Shown here: positions 1-14,299 of the stretch, one piece after another | Layout: each line of letters starts with the position of its first letter | Position numbering within the stretch: the first letter of the stretch is position 1 | Assembly: GCF_964204645.1 (NCBI RefSeq) | Contig: NC_134027.1 | Location: 2,326,485 to 2,390,484 of the forward strand | Source: Tubulanus polymorphus | Lineage: Eukaryota; Animalia; Nemertea | DNA length: 64,000 nt | Reading direction: 5' to 3' | Position numbers and translations under genes: made by a program | Notes under the pieces: model-generated | The model's input: only the letters and a program-made list of their open reading frames with translations | Database searches by the model: none | What the model was told of the DNA's origin: nothing

Positions 1-68
1 TTGATTTCACCTCACTTCACTGTGACATTCACTTCTCAGCCTTCCTTCTTTAACCTATACATTTTCAG

Positions 69-3000
69 ACTTTGAGTGATTCTCCTGATATAGATTTCGT
101 ATATGATGATGCGGATGATTATCAAACTGAAATAGCAGGTAGGGCCTGAAAACGCTGGAAGAAACTCTTTTTTCAGTCTTTTGTAGTAGAGACTCGAGAG
201 CTGGCCCAACCAGCCTCATACATTAACCAGCAACCACAAAAACAATGAGCCTGGGTCCAGTTCCACAGTTCTTCTGAGTTAAGATTTGACTCTGGGTTAA
301 AACATTGAAAATGAACTTACTTTAACTCTAACTCACAACTGTGGAACTGGGTCCTGCTCTGCTGGCAGTAGCAATAGTTTCAATGCCTGCTCTACCTGCT
401 GATATCCCCTCTCTAGGCGGATGTCGTCCTAATTCATTTTAATGAATTATTTCTTTTACAGAATTATATAGTTACACGGAAGAACCTGAATTTGAATTAA
501 ATCAGCAATGTTTTGAAGAGGTTCTCCAGCAATACTGTAAGATATTTCCGGAACAACTTTTTATCTTTGAAATGATGAAAAAAGAGAAAAAAACTTGGCA
601 ATATGACAAAGTTATTTTTATGTTTCAGGTCCTGGTAAAAAATGGAAGGACATGGAACACAGCGATCAGATAAACCATATAATGCGTTTACAAGATCTTT
701 TTGAACAAAGTGATCGAGATAAAAGAATGAAAACAGTCCGAGCCGCTTTATATCTGGTTCAAGGTACATTTCTTTCTTAATTTCATGAAAATGGGAAGAA
801 CTATTCTTCAAATTCAATTGTTGGGTATTTCAGGAATTTTTGGTGAATGTGAAACTGAAGAAGATCAGTTCAGATGGACAAGTTATAACGTGATATTACT
901 GTATGAATGTGGAACGCTCATGTCATTTGTCGAGTTACTCAATATGGAAATGGAGTAAGTGAATCGACTCTGATTGATTGAGAAGCTCAGGGTTTATCAG
1001 GATTCTTACAGATCATAGAAAATCAGGGAATCCAGGGGCTGCATTTGACCAAAAGTTGTCACTATGAACTTTTAATTGTCACTATGTCAACTATTCCACT
1101 GGTTAACTCTAACCAACCTTTGACTGGCACATCAAAGCTCTCGATAATAAAGAGATATCACTCTTTTAGAATTCAATCAGTGAATTTTTGGTCAACAGTC
1201 GACGAATATCAGGGAAATTTGGATTCCCTGGTCTGTACAAACCCTCTAGATCAAACAATTCCTCAATGGGTTTCATTGATTTCATTTTATTTACAGAAAT
1301 GCGACTGCAACATCTTCCGCATTACGTAAACCAGCAGTATCTCTAGCTGATAGCACTGATCTAAGGTATGTTTCTGATTCCGGATTAGGAATGCAATGTT
1401 GTTTCCTCGAGTCTTAATGATTATTGTCAATATACTTTTCATTCAGAGTTATATTGAATATCATTTATTTGATGGTCGAAACAATGAGATTTGAAACTGA
1501 AAATGAATCAGATGAATGGAAAAATGTGAGAGAAAACTTTAGGAATGAATTAGGTAAATATTGCTTTATTCGATAAGCTTTAATGCGACTTTTTATAAAA
1601 CCTAATTGATATTTGACTGGTTCTCTCATTTTAAGCCGCACCGATGTTTGGAGAGGAACCTTTAGCTGTAATATTGTTCAGCATGGTGACTAAGTTTTGT
1701 AGTGGCAATGCTCCACATTTTCCGATGAAGAAAGTTCTGCTCGTGCTGTGGAAAGTGGTTCTCGTAAGCGTTTATGTTGCGTCGTTTAAATTTACAAAAA
1801 TATAAACCGAGGAAATCGCGTATCAAGAAGAAATGACCGATCTGTAGAGACCATGTTTTGTAAATATGAATGATATGTTTCTATGACAGCTTTCACTCGG
1901 TGATCTGCGTACGTTTTACCACAAGAAGAATGAAGTACGATCGACGTACGACCTGCGACCGATTCCTGAAGATACGCATGAAGTTTGTAAAGCAATGCGA
2001 GCGGCATCACCTCCCGCCTCGGCAGCCGACCTCATCGAACAACAACAGATGCCGCGACGTGGACGCATGAAAAAGGTACCGCTTCGATAACTGATGTTTA
2101 TATAAAAAGTTTGTGGAAGTTTATTCGAATGAAATACTAGTAGATTGTCGACCCACAATGAAAACAGTTTTGAAACATCGGAGAATTATATTGAAAAGTC
2201 TGAATTAGCAGACAAACAGGGTCCCTATGGCTCCTTGATTCCTAATTCTAAACAGAAAATGTGGTGCTTGAAACTTCTTTAATTTGAGCAAAATGCTCAA
2301 AACTCTGTATTTCTAAGGACCCTGATCAAAAAGCCATTTTCTAGGGAAATTTTTGGTTTTTTCATTGTGGGTTTGACACTTAAGTCTTCATTCACAACAA
2401 ATCATGAATTTCGAACTCTTCATGAATGAAATACTATCAGCATACTGCTCTCTAATACTTTTCTTTTACTGCGAGAAATATTGCTTATCTACAATATAAC
2501 ATATCTGAAAACAATAACTAGGCCTATATTGTAAACCTTTCGCTTCCTATCTGGCTTCTGATTAGGATTTTAAAACAACATTCGCGATGAGGAGATTTAG
2601 TTTCATGTGAATTGCTTACTAATTGTATATCATACTACTGCTTGCTACTGGTCCGGTAGCTCGCGCATTCTACACTAAGTTTGATGGTGAATGGAGAAAA
2701 AACGATTAAGGGTAACACGGAGTCACAATAATCTTAGAATCTTGTGCGCTTTACTTCAGTGGTCAATGCTTTATACCCTTTATGTTCAGTAAGATTCATA
2801 ATAAGTCTAGCTATAGATATAAATGCATTTGAATAAAGTATTCCTTAGTAGTCTGGAGATGATTGAAAATGCATGTCTGAAGTTTTGAGTTAAATGCACT
2901 AGCACGAGCATAACCAGTGCTATGGTACGTTAGAGCTGACAAAATTGGATGAGCTTGAAAATTTCTTTACAAATATTTAATTTAATGGTCCTTTATGAAT

Positions 3001-6000
3001 AGTTACAAGATATTTGCATCAGTTTGCTAATGTTGGATCCTACTGCCTGGTAAATAAAAGAAAATTCTTTATTTCATCTATGACTAACAAACTGCTCATG
3101 TAGATCTATCTACATCTTGATTCATTCATTTATATACAGCTGGGTTTGTGTTTAAAGAGACAGTCAGACTCCTCTCTTTCCTGCTAAAAGAGAAAAGTCC
3201 CTACCTTCATTGATCACAGGGTTGATATCATTCTGAATACACTACAGTCAGAGTCAGTTAAGTCGTTATCACGTCATTAAAGTCGCAGTTGCAAATTCTC
3301 AATATGTTTTATGTATGTACCCGTACTTAATGAGTGGGTGATATTAATATGAGTTAATATGCAAAATCCACAGTTAGTTAGTTAGGAGGAAGGAGTCTAC
3401 TGTTTGTTAAAAACCCACTCGGATCCAGCCTTGGTACACGGCAGCTTTTCGTTTCCTCGCTTGCTCTGCTTGAAAGCTTTAAAGCTGTCTTATACCAAGA
3501 ACGTAACTGCATCTCTGCCCTAGGGCCTCGTTAAACAGAGCAGCCTCGAAGATCCGTTTGAAAACGGCGATGATGAAATCAGTCGCGAGATCGAGAACAG
3601 TCGTAGTAGCGATGATGAGGTAATGCCACCAGGTACACCTCGTCCTGGATCTCCCGTCGAAAGTAAAGCTCTACCGTGGACTCCAAAAGTCAGGTTAGCA
3701 AATCAATACTTCATTTTGAATTGAGCGCTGGTTAATTTCTTTTTTTCTCATTCATTTTTGTTCGTAATCTATCTTTCTTTAGACAACGAGACCTTGAAAA
3801 TTTCCTCGAACACACGAGAGCGAAATTCGTAGGATTTCAAGTTCGAAATGACCAAGAATCACTGGCTGGAATGCCTCAACCGATACACGAGGGTGTTAAA
3901 GTTCTTAAACAGGTCAGTTCACTCAATTTGCTTTTATAAGTGAAAAAAATCTCTCGAGCTTAAATGAGTCTTCATTGAGTCATTCATATTTTCAGCATTT
4001 GTACGTTTCACTAACTGAAATTCAAATAAAGAGAGAGGAAGATATAGCTAAGAATCCGCTGTCACAGGTCAAGTATTCAGTCAATAACCATTTATTAAAC
4101 ATCTCCTGAACGTTCAGTGTTATATTTTGTATGTGAATATTTTTACAGCCGGAAGTAGATATAGCGGAAACACCCACTGAAGTTCTGTATAAAGCCATGT
4201 TGCCAAATCTTCCTCAGTATATGGTAAAAATCATTACATTTCAGCTGATATGGTGTTTATTTTTCATTCTAGAATATTAATTCTCACGTTTTTATCGTTA
4301 TTGTTAGATTGCTCTTTTGAAAATCTTGCTGGCAGCTGCGCCGACTTCTAAAGCGAAGACTGATTCGATTAACATATTGGCTGATGTACTTCCCGAGGAA
4401 ATGCCGTAAGTGTTGAATCTTTTCCGGAAACGTCTTCAAGATTCACTCGATGTATCCGTGTTTTCTATGTTTGTGTGTATTATAGAACGACTGTGCTACA
4501 ATCGATGAAATTAGGAATCGATGTAAACAGACACAAAGAGACAATAGTGAAGGCGATATCTGGAGTACTGTTGTTACTACTTAAACATTTCAAACTCAAT
4601 CATGTCTATCAGGTACATATGAAATTTTAATCATCTACCGTCAAAAGTTATAACGCCTTCCTTTTTGATGCTACTGCTCAGATAAAGCCAACATTTTTCA
4701 GAGAACAAATTTACCCAATGTAACTCGAATTCAATGGAAAATACCATTTATTATAATGCTGCCAAATTTGTTGTTGCTATGTCATGATTGTCATAGATCA
4801 AAATAGTGGCATTATAAAAAACTTATACTGTATTGTGAGTTAATAATGATTTATGAATCAATTTACCTCTTTTCTTTTCAGTTTGAATTTATGAGTCAAC
4901 ATCTAGTGTTTGCTAACTGTATACCGTTAATATTGAAGTTCTTCAATCAGAACATCATGTCATACGTGACTGCTCGTAATTCGTGAGTACTGTTGTATTT
5001 GGTACATTCAACTGAGCTGAAGCTCTCATTGGATAAGTCATTGTATTTCTCATTTAATTTACGAAGTGTGAATTATTGTTTGTTTGTCATTGACATAATA
5101 ATGTTGATAACTATGATGATTTGAGCAAGTTTCACTGTAATATGGAATTCTTTGATACTTAATTCAATCAGTGGTCACTGGATTTAATGTAAAGGATTTC
5201 TTAATTTTAGGATTACTTTGATAGACTTCCCAGCATGTGTGATCGGGGCTCAACCTGAATTGACTGCTGAGAATTTGGTCAGTTTCGCCGAAATAAACTA
5301 TCAATAAATATCATAGCATTAATAATCAATAATTGAAGCTTTCTGTTCTGTTTACAGGAGGCCGGTGAAACTCAAGCGTACTGTTGGAGAAATCTATTTT
5401 CTTGTATAAATCTGCTAAGAATCCTCAATAAACTCACGAAATGGAAGCATTCACGTACAATGGTCAGTATTCGTATTGTGATTCATCATACAGCGTAACT
5501 TCATTACTACAAACTTCAGAGGGCTGAATATTTGTTCGTTGATTAGATTCTTAGCAGATAGCCACGGAAAACAACTTGCATGTCAGGGAAAAAGCAAGTC
5601 AAATAAAAGTGGCCACCCTGATATTTTGTTCATGACAAGCGATAGTTCATTTTATCCAGTATGAAGTTAATGAAACTGTCTTATTTTAGATAAAACTTTA
5701 AGTGTATTGTTTGTGATGAATCGTTTCATCTGAATTCATTACAATCAGGTTTCACTGTATCATCGTATAACGTGCTAACATTTTTTTTTCTTCAGATGCT
5801 CGTCGTGTTCAAATCGGCACCGATTCTAAAACGCGCGTTGAAAGTGAAACACGCCATGATGCAGCTGTACGTGCTGAAGCTGTTGAAGATGCAGACTAAA
5901 TATCTCGGTCGTCAGTGGCGTAAAAGTAACATGAAGACAATGTCAGCGATTTACGCGATGGTTCGACATCGTCTGAATGATGATTGGGCTTATGGAAATG

Positions 6001-6655
6001 GTATGTTACATTTTTTCAATTCAAGGATCTTGAATCACCTCTAAATCACCTTTGAAAAATTAGCCTTAAATCCTTCAATTTTGGAAATATCTAGGGGAAA
6101 TCGAAAATTATGGAAACATTTCCATCCATTTAAGCAGTCCAATATAAGAATGTAAACCATAAAACACCTCGAAATTTTTAGTGGCTCAAGAGACCTCTTG
6201 AGAAGAAACAGTTACCACTAAGCATATCTTGTAATTTAATCAGGAATTTTTGGTCAAGTCCAGGGACCATCATGGAATTTTGGATTCCCTGATATTAATT
6301 TATGAAACTCTGATTCTAATAAAATGTTTGAGTTAGTATGAACTTTAACACTTTGTATTCATTAGATGAATAAACTGTGGTTTGTTACGTTGTTTGTGTT
6401 GTAGATATGGACGCGCGACCGTGGGATTTCCAAGCCGAAGAATGCGCGCTTCGTTCGTGCGTAGATCGCTTTAACAATCGTCGCTACAGTTTGGATTATT
6501 ACGATCCGGATTTCCGGCCTGTGAATAACTGTATCACAAGTTTACTCGGTCAGAACATCGAACTGAGCGACGAATTCAAACGTAATTACGAGAAATGGTT
6601 AGAAATGGAAGTGTTCACTACACAAATCGACTGGGACCAAGTATTGTGTAGATGA
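69..6655 (+). CDS. STRIP1: Striatin-interacting protein (STRIP1/2, FAM40 family), multi-exon, 5' end outside the window
   Basis: GT-AG exons: 69-138, 462-536, 629-763, 834-954, 1297-1365, 1447-1553, 1636-1763, 1890-2075, 3524-3693, 3783-3912, 3996-4067, 4149-4223, 4308-4405, 4486-4612, 4882-4982, 5211-5277, 5358-5462, 5796-6000, 6405-6655 (TGA). Family motifs recognised: [94 protein letters not shown]. Confidence 0.93.
253..354. mobile_element. MITE family 1, copy 1
   Basis: Terminal inverted repeats (TIRs) gggtccagttccacag ... ctgtggaactgggtcc; homologous copies at 20125-20389 and 21663-21772. Confidence 0.75.
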
Positions 6656-6747
6656 TGCCACGCCCCCTTCAAGGGTTAAATGGTTTTAACATCTTAACCT
6701 ATAGCTCTTGAAGTGGACCTTAATAAAATATGTAGTGCTTCGTTATT

Positions 6748-7030
6748 CAGTAAACCGTGCCTAACTCGGACGGGACCAACTCAAGACTTTTGACTAATGC
6801 GGGCAAATTATTTTCCCATTTCCTGCAGTAGACTCCATTTATTATTTACCCCAGTGTCAATTGCCTCAATATATTACTTATTTTCTGACTATAATTCATT
6901 GTGAAAACAACCCATCCCTGATCTAATTTTCAGAAGCAAACAGAGTCTACTGTATCTTATTTTTCCAAACTTCAACCTATCACAGCTTATTTACCGGTCC
7001 CAGTTTATCCGAGTTTAGTGAGGTTTACTG
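6748..7030. mobile_element. Nested MITE-like elements downstream of the STRIP1 stop
   Basis: Outer TIR cagtaaacc...ggtttactg; inner TIR cagtagact...agtctactg (6826-6952). Relatives of the inner element lie near 3160-3403 and 7861-7967. Confidence 0.6.
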
Positions 7031-8222
7031 TTGTATGTTTTTCAATGGTTAAAATATCTATCTACCTAAAATAATTGGCTCGAAAAAATCATGAAATAAA
7101 ATTAACCATTAATAAGATCAACAATAAACAATTCTGTTGTAGACTATGATTACTGTGGAGTCTATTGCCTTGGATTATCACATGGATATATGTTATATCG
7201 TACAAATTTTGTAACATCAATTTGTGATAAACCAATCCCTGCTCCAGCTGCCCCAAAATCTGCAAACATCGGACAGATTGATGCCACGAGTTCCGAGGCA
7301 GCAGTGTCTACTGTATGTGGAAATTTAATGACTTAGGTGTTGAATAAATGAGTTGAAGAGAGCCATTAATATTCATGGAAAGATCTCTAGTTACGTTCGT
7401 TGAAATATTGGCATTTTTGCACGAGATGCAAAAGTTTTATTAATTGCCGATTGAATGCGTGCACAGCCTGTAAAAATGTAGATCAATTTAATGTATTTAT
7501 TCGTTCTGTTCAATGCAGTTATAGCTGAATTTTGTATAAAAACAATTTTATTTATATGTATTATATATTCATGCATGCGGTCCATATGTACCTAGTGTTC
7601 AATAAAAAGATTATTCACAATACGCAAAATCCTCGCTTCATTCCTTTTATCTCTCGCTTACGACGGACAAGATTTCATCAACGCAAGATTGAAATATCAA
7701 AGATTTATTCAATATAATAATAATATATGTGTATAATACATGTTTTAATACATGAAATATGTATGGCAACCATTAACATAATTATTAAACTGTCAAATTC
7801 ACTTTTTGACGACTAATGACTTAAACCAGTTTGACTAAAAGCAACTATACCAGAGTACAAACAGTAAGACTGCTTGCCTCATCTCACGGGGACCTAAGTG
7901 GCTGGAGTAGGATAACTAATATTTTGGTTGGAGTATGCGTTAATGGGAGGCAAGCGCAGTCTACTGCATAGAAAATGTCGAATCTGCATTAATTTCTAAT
8001 CGGTAATCATTTGAATCGATGGTTTATGAGGGATGGACACAAAACCTAAGAATTAAATTCATATAAAACAAGCAAATATCCAATATAACTGTACCAGGGT
8101 CGCTACAGATCTGTCCTTCCCGGATAGAAGGAGTTTCGAGCACCTTTAAAACATAGATGTAGGGACCCCGTGTACATCTGTTTCACCTAGCAAAAACCGC
8201 CTATCATTTCATAGGTTACTCA

Positions 8223-11200
8223 TTAAAACAACGCCATAAATGCACTCAAACCACCGATATCAGTCTGAGGAGGATACTGACTCGCGTTCGATTGTTGCTG
8301 ATGTTGCATAGCAGCCATAGTCTGTAGTCTTTGAAAAGCAGTATTCGCGTTAGAAACCGACGGGTCGATGAGTATAGGACGGTGCGAATCGGTAATGAGA
8401 TCTGATTCGTGCGGCGTATGAGGCAGACACATCGCTGTCGCTCGTTGATCGTGTACGGGTAACGCGACCGCCGCGTCTAATGAAACCAGCGATTTATCGC
8501 TGAAATCGATTCCTTTAACGATGCCTTCGTAATCGTGAACCGCGATACTAGAGTTCAACGCTGTCGTCGACGGCTGCAGATTCAGATACGTATGACCGCC
8601 TTCGATTACCGCTGAAAACGGCAGAGAATTCGTCGGCGATTGTTTACGCGATTTACGTTTTTTATACGGTGATTTGACGGTTGGATTGTCGCCGTGGTGT
8701 TTGATGATGTGCTCTTTTAATTTGTCCCTACGCGAACTGCCGTAGTCGCACATTTCACATTTGAACGGTTTATCGTCTAGATGAATTCGCTCGTGACGCA
8801 CGAGATGACTCTTCTCGACGAACGACCGTCCGCAGTGACTACAGATATAGCTACGTATGGCGCTGTGTATTCTCATGTGAGCGTTCAACTGACTGCGTTT
8901 AGGCGTGAAATATTTACAACCGGCAAACTGACAGGTGAACACATCCCCTACAAATAAAAACACTTCATTAAATAACAGGGTGAACACTAACCGGGAAAAG
9001 TCGAGAAAAAATCAGGGAAATCGACAAATTTTACCAAAAATCAGGGAAAAATCCGGGAAGTCGGATATGCTATTGACCATGTATTTCTCATGTAAGAGGA
9101 TTTATCATACGCCCATACGTGAAATGAGCAATCAGAATCATACCTGAATGTAATCTTTTATGTGAAATTAGATGCGATTGATATTTAGTCGAGAATCCAC
9201 AAATATCGCAAAGAAATGGTCGATTATTGCTGTGCGTCGCTTGATGTTGATCTAACGTACTCTTCGTAGCGAAACTCTTCTTGCACTCGACGCATTGAAA
9301 AGGTTTCTCTCCTGAAATGAAAATATTTGATTGAAGCTTACATAAATAGATCGTTTCTCTCTATTTCACGTAGGCCTGGTTCGTAAATAACTTACCCGTG
9401 TGACATCTCATATGAGTCATCGCATTGTTTTTAGTGCGGAACCTCATTCCGCAGAGATTACACGGGAACGGACGTTCGTCTGTGTGTCTCATTCTGTGAT
9501 ACAATATCTGTTGAATTCGCTCAGTCGTGTATTCACAAAAATCAAAATCGCATTTAAACGGCGGACCTTCGAAGTGTGTTTTCATATGTCTGTAGTAACT
9601 GCGACTCCATTGCGACGTGAAACTGCACACGTTGCACTTGAGAGTTATAGAATGATTGATCTCCGTGTGACGCTGTAAACCTTCCTCATCGACTGATTTA
9701 AACCGGCATATCTCGCACGTAAAGAGTTCTTGATGATTACCGGCAGCGTTCTCAATCACGTCTGGCGCTTGTTCACATTGCGAATCCAACTTCAACTTTT
9801 TCTTTTTCTTACTTCCCGCAGACTTAGAAACGAGCGTTACATCTTTCTTAGTTTTCTCGGGGCTTAAAGCGATTCTTTTCGATATTTTCAGTTCGTTGGT
9901 TCGTTGTTTTTTACTCGGCCGAGCTGGCGTGCTGATCCTCCGCGGTTGGATGCGTTTTCGTCGGTTTTTCGACAACGGCGAATATTTCGGCACGTTTATT
10001 ATCACGTGATCAGAGCCGTTTTCTTCGTTCTCCGACGGACAGTAATCCGGATCTTTTCCGACGGTGACATCATCATCATCATCATCATCATCTTCATAGT
10101 TCGATTCATCATCACCGTTATCTTCATCCGCTGGTCGTTTCTTTTCGGTAATTTCATCACTCGGTTCATCGTTGTTCTCATCTACACCGAGTCTCGGATT
10201 TTCATCGGTAACTGAAACATCGCGTTCGATATCGGTATCAGCTACATCCGTTTGTTCCCTCGTTAAATCTTCTTCATCGTTGTTTTCAACATTTTGATCT
10301 TCGATCGATTCTAACTGCTCCGTGTTTTCTTGCATTCTCACCATTTCATCGGGAATACATATCTTACTACCGGTACTGGTCGTCGAAGGGGCTTTCAGTC
10401 GAACCTGCTGAAAGTGACCGTCCGTCACGTTAGACTCTGATTTCGTATTAACGAGTTGAGTAGGGGTTGACTGCACGACCGCACCGTTATCATTGATAGT
10501 AGAATTCATCGCCATGTCTAGAATATCCGCAGCCGCTTTAGCGCTTTCGTGTTCGGCTAGTTTTTCCGATAAAGTCTGGTAAATGTCGGTAAAAGCGATC
10601 AACTGGGCACCGGCTCGACGAAACAAATCCAGAATATAAAACAGACAAGCTTCGCTTCGTTGAAACAGCGGTTCGTGTTCGATGATTTTTGAAACGATTT
10701 GAAGCTCGATTTCGTTCGGACGAAGCAAATTCAGAAATAAATTAAAGGCACTTTCTCTTTCTTCGAGTTTATAAGCCGTCCATTTCACTAGCAACTGTAA
10801 CTTTAACGAAGCGGGCATGTTCAGATTTCTATTCGTTATGAAACTCTCCAACTTCGCTTGATTGTATTCCAAAATCTCGTTCTGTTGAAGAATTATGTAC
10901 AAATTAGTCTGAATAAATTGAGACACGATCAACGATAAATTAAACAACGCGCATTTATCAGCGATTTCTTTCATACTCAGACAGTTCACGACGCTGATGT
11001 TTCTCTCTAAGAATTCCGCGCAATAATTCTTCACTTTCTCGAGTAGAAAACAATTCGACAACATCAATAATTCTTCGACGTTGTTCACGCTGATCGAAAT
11101 GATTCCCGTGTAGAAATAATCGATGAGATCTTTGACGACTTCGTGATTTGAACTGTAAACGCTGACGTGTTCTTTATCCGTTCGGTTGGATTTCAAAATC

Positions 11201-11415
11201 GAATCGAAATACGGACTCAAAGCGGCGAGCACGTTTTTATGGGCGTAAAACAGGACGCTCTTCGACGGATCGTTCGGATGCTGTACGTGAAATACGACAT
11301 TACAAAATCGTTGGTTGTCTCTTTGGATTTTTAGTTTTTCGAGTAGCGCAGAACCGGCGAGTTCCTCCGTGTAGATATCACTTACACAACTATTCATTTC
11401 ATCTCGGAATTCCAT
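8223..11415 (-). CDS. BTB/POZ-BACK protein with nine C2H2 zinc fingers, about 970 aa
   Basis: Three coding exons, 11415-9396, 9311-9144 and 8947-8223, join in frame (2913 nt). The BTB domain contains [27 protein letters not shown] and is followed by a BACK-like helical region and an acidic linker. Four fingers are in exon 1, two in exon 2 ([14 protein letters not shown]; [21 protein letters not shown]) and three in exon 3. Confidence 0.9.
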
Positions 11416-12252
11416 GATTAATGATTGATTCTACTTCTACTTAAGCTAAATTATTTAGAATCTAGGTAGGGTCCCATAATTACGATTAATTTAATAATAT
11501 TGAAATGTTCTTTCTTGTGCTTGTTGGATGACCATTCCATTCCATTCTCACAAGTCAGTTCCAGTTCCAGCCAGGCGCAATCAATAGATTTTACTAGTAA
11601 ACTGCTTCAGGTGATCACGCACACCCTCCACATTAAAAAAAGATGTAGGGCCAACGGTACAAATTGAAAATGACAGCGGAAGATTTTCTTGAAACGCTCC
11701 CCCTTTCTCTTCCACCATTTTAGGGAATCCCTTGCACTTCCAAATGTAGGTCAAATATTTTTTGCTTTAATAATATTAAATTCATATCTAGCTAGGTCTA
11801 ACGTATTCTAATAGAAATGTGAAATTTTATATTTTTTATGCAATTTATTAAAACTTCGTGAGAATTCATGATATATTTATGTTTCTATGACGACCGGGAT
11901 TCCGCGTTCTGAATGTAGGTCACTCACTGCTGGGAAACAGAGAAATGTTTACGTTTTACAACTTAATTTAGATGAATATATGAAATTTTAGTGAAAATGG
12001 ACATGTTTGCAACTCAAGATATCGGTAAAATTGTTAGAACTTGATTGGTAATTGCTTACGATACTTAAAATACTGTAGATTCACTATTACAAAAAAAGTA
12101 GAAATAATGGAGAGTAGTCTGTTGGTAATCCGTTCAGATTCAGTCCATTTTGATAAAAACAATATTTCTGTTTTAGGAGAAATATGCTAAGAATTTTTTT
12201 CTGACAACGATGAGTGGTTTTTCATGATATGGACTGCCAACCTTACTGAAAC
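11416..12252. promoter_or_regulatory. Divergent promoter region between BTB-ZF and SMKR1, with an X-box-like site
   Basis: Head-to-head start codons lie about 840 bp apart. GTTTCTATGACGAC at 11881-11894 resembles the RFX X-box. Confidence 0.45.
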
Positions 12253-12675
12253 ATGGTAAGAAGGCTATTCAAAAAATGAAAGGATTTCAAAAAGGCACTT
12301 AAATTAATTAATCTTCGTCTTCATGAATAATTGATATTTCATTATTTTCATTTGTTTATCATATAGCCAGGTAAAAGCAAGTCTGCTAAGAAAGGAGGCA
12401 AAAAGAGTGGGCGAAAATCAAAAAGCGCCGGTGCTAAAAGTGGTAAAAAGAAGGGAAAGAAGTCTGCAAAGAAATCACGCTCGGCGCCGGCTTCGGCTAA
12501 AGCTGCACGAACTGAAGTCGATATGATGAATCCAGATGCGATGGCGAATCTATACTATATAGCCCACGGACCAGTTGACGCCCTGACATTACGAGGTTTC
12601 GGTTGGGATACCGGCGGTGCTGGTGGCGGTAAAAAGAAAGGCAAAGGAAAAAAGGGGAAGAAAAAGAAGAAATGA
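12253..12675 (+). CDS. SMKR1: Small lysine-rich protein 1, about 103 aa
   Basis: ATG|gtaag at 12253-12255 splices to exon 12367-12675. Translation: [14 protein letters not shown]...[45 protein letters not shown]. The core matches the SMKR1 motif I recall (VDILSPAAMLNLYYIAH..L.LRGF.W). It is absent from the ORF track because the ATG is on a separate exon. Confidence 0.88.
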
Positions 12676-13450
12676 TCGATGATGATAGATTCAGTTTGTA
12701 TAAAGTGTAGTGCCATCGTAGAATCTCCTCACATATACTTTATATAGAGACTTATTCCATTTACAACTGCTGGAATTTGAAACAGTTCCCGGTGCTGGAT
12801 GCATGTAACTACGTAACTAGTGGATATTGATTCGAGCTTGGGCTCACCAATTTATAACTCATTAAACAGATTAGTAATAATTTGCGCTACAGCGTAGTTC
12901 GACAAAGGGAGTGAACTACTGGTCACTATGCAGGTATCAATCTTACAGCTAAGAGTCACTGCTGTTAGATGTTCACCATTCAAGTGCGAAGACCATCACT
13001 TTTTTCAAGTGTGTTGATGAAATTTTTGAATGTCTGGTATCTGTGGCTTCTTTTTCAATTGATAATGTCTCAAGTGAAGTCCAGAAAACACATGAAGTTT
13101 GATGAATGATGATATTGCATCAAATTTACCGTACTGTCTTGAGGACTCTCTAGTGACCAGGCAACCTATTGATACCTGCATGAGGGCATCATGACGAATG
13201 CGATATTTTTGAATTGTCTGTGTGAATATTTCTCTTTCAAATCTAACTATTCCGAAAGATTTGAAATATGAAGTGTGTGTACAGTGATGTATACATGTTT
13301 GTGTTAAATGTAACAGATATCTATAACAGTGATGCATGTATTAAACCCACATGCCACAAACCTACTCGTCCAACAGCTGTGTCAAACTGTATATTTCAGA
13401 GAATTTAAGATGATTTCAAATACAGGTCTAATTTCAAGATCAATTCAGAA

Positions 13451-13610
13451 GGGGGTCATTCATTTATTACATACATATTAGTGGAGGGGTCAATGCAGTG
13501 GCGTACTGTAATGCTTAATGTATATGAAAGAATGGCCGATTTTGCGCACAGAGGGGGAGGGGGGTTGAAAAATTCAAATCTTATGCATATGTAATAAATG
13601 AATGATCCCG
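13451..13610. mobile_element. MITE-like inverted-repeat element
   Basis: ggggtcattcatttattacata ... tatgtaataaatgaatgatccc. Confidence 0.6.
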
Positions 13611-14299
13611 AGGTTCATAATCAGATAGCATATAGACCAGCTGATTAAAGGAATGGTCTGAATATTTCTGTATCGGGCTATTTGCATGTTACAAATAGAT
13701 GAAGTTGTGAACATATAAATCATTGCCTTATATGGGTACCATACACATCAATTCATTTAATATAGATTGTTTATGTTAGCTCTATGCCTACACAAGAGTC
13801 TCAATGTGACAGGTATCATCTGTACCCTGATATGTGGCTGGTCGTTTTATATAGCGGTGTATGATACCTGTTGCTATTATTCCCAATGTTGAATCTTTTG
13901 TTCTTTCCAAATGTTATCAATGTCATTATTTTAAAGCTGAAGGTGACTAGTTTTAAAAACCGATACTACATATTCATTTCTTCCTGGTTTGAATTGGTGA
14001 TTTATTCAAATGAGTTGATTTGGAATGTTTTTCGTTGAGCTATATGTTTGTTTAGAGACAGAAGTTTTTATGTTTGCATATTATCTACATAGAATTTAAA
14101 TTTTTTTGCTATCGAAATGTGATAAACTCATAGCTATCTGTTGTATCGATATAGGATATTTCAAGAGGTTTTTTTTCAGTAAAAAAGAAAACTATAATCC
14201 TATATAGTAAAGGTAGCTATAGCTCTCTGCTGTGATATTTTATATGGTATTTGAACACTAGTGCAGTTCTGAAGCACACAATCATTTGTGGGATTAAAT

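Noticed and set aside
2567-2611. Possible alternative terminal exon ([14 protein letters not shown]) in the longest STRIP1 intron
   Set aside because: The acceptor is weak and there is no other support.
9400-10215. Plus-strand ORFs at 9400 and 9904
   Set aside because: They are antisense shadows of the BTB-ZF coding exon.
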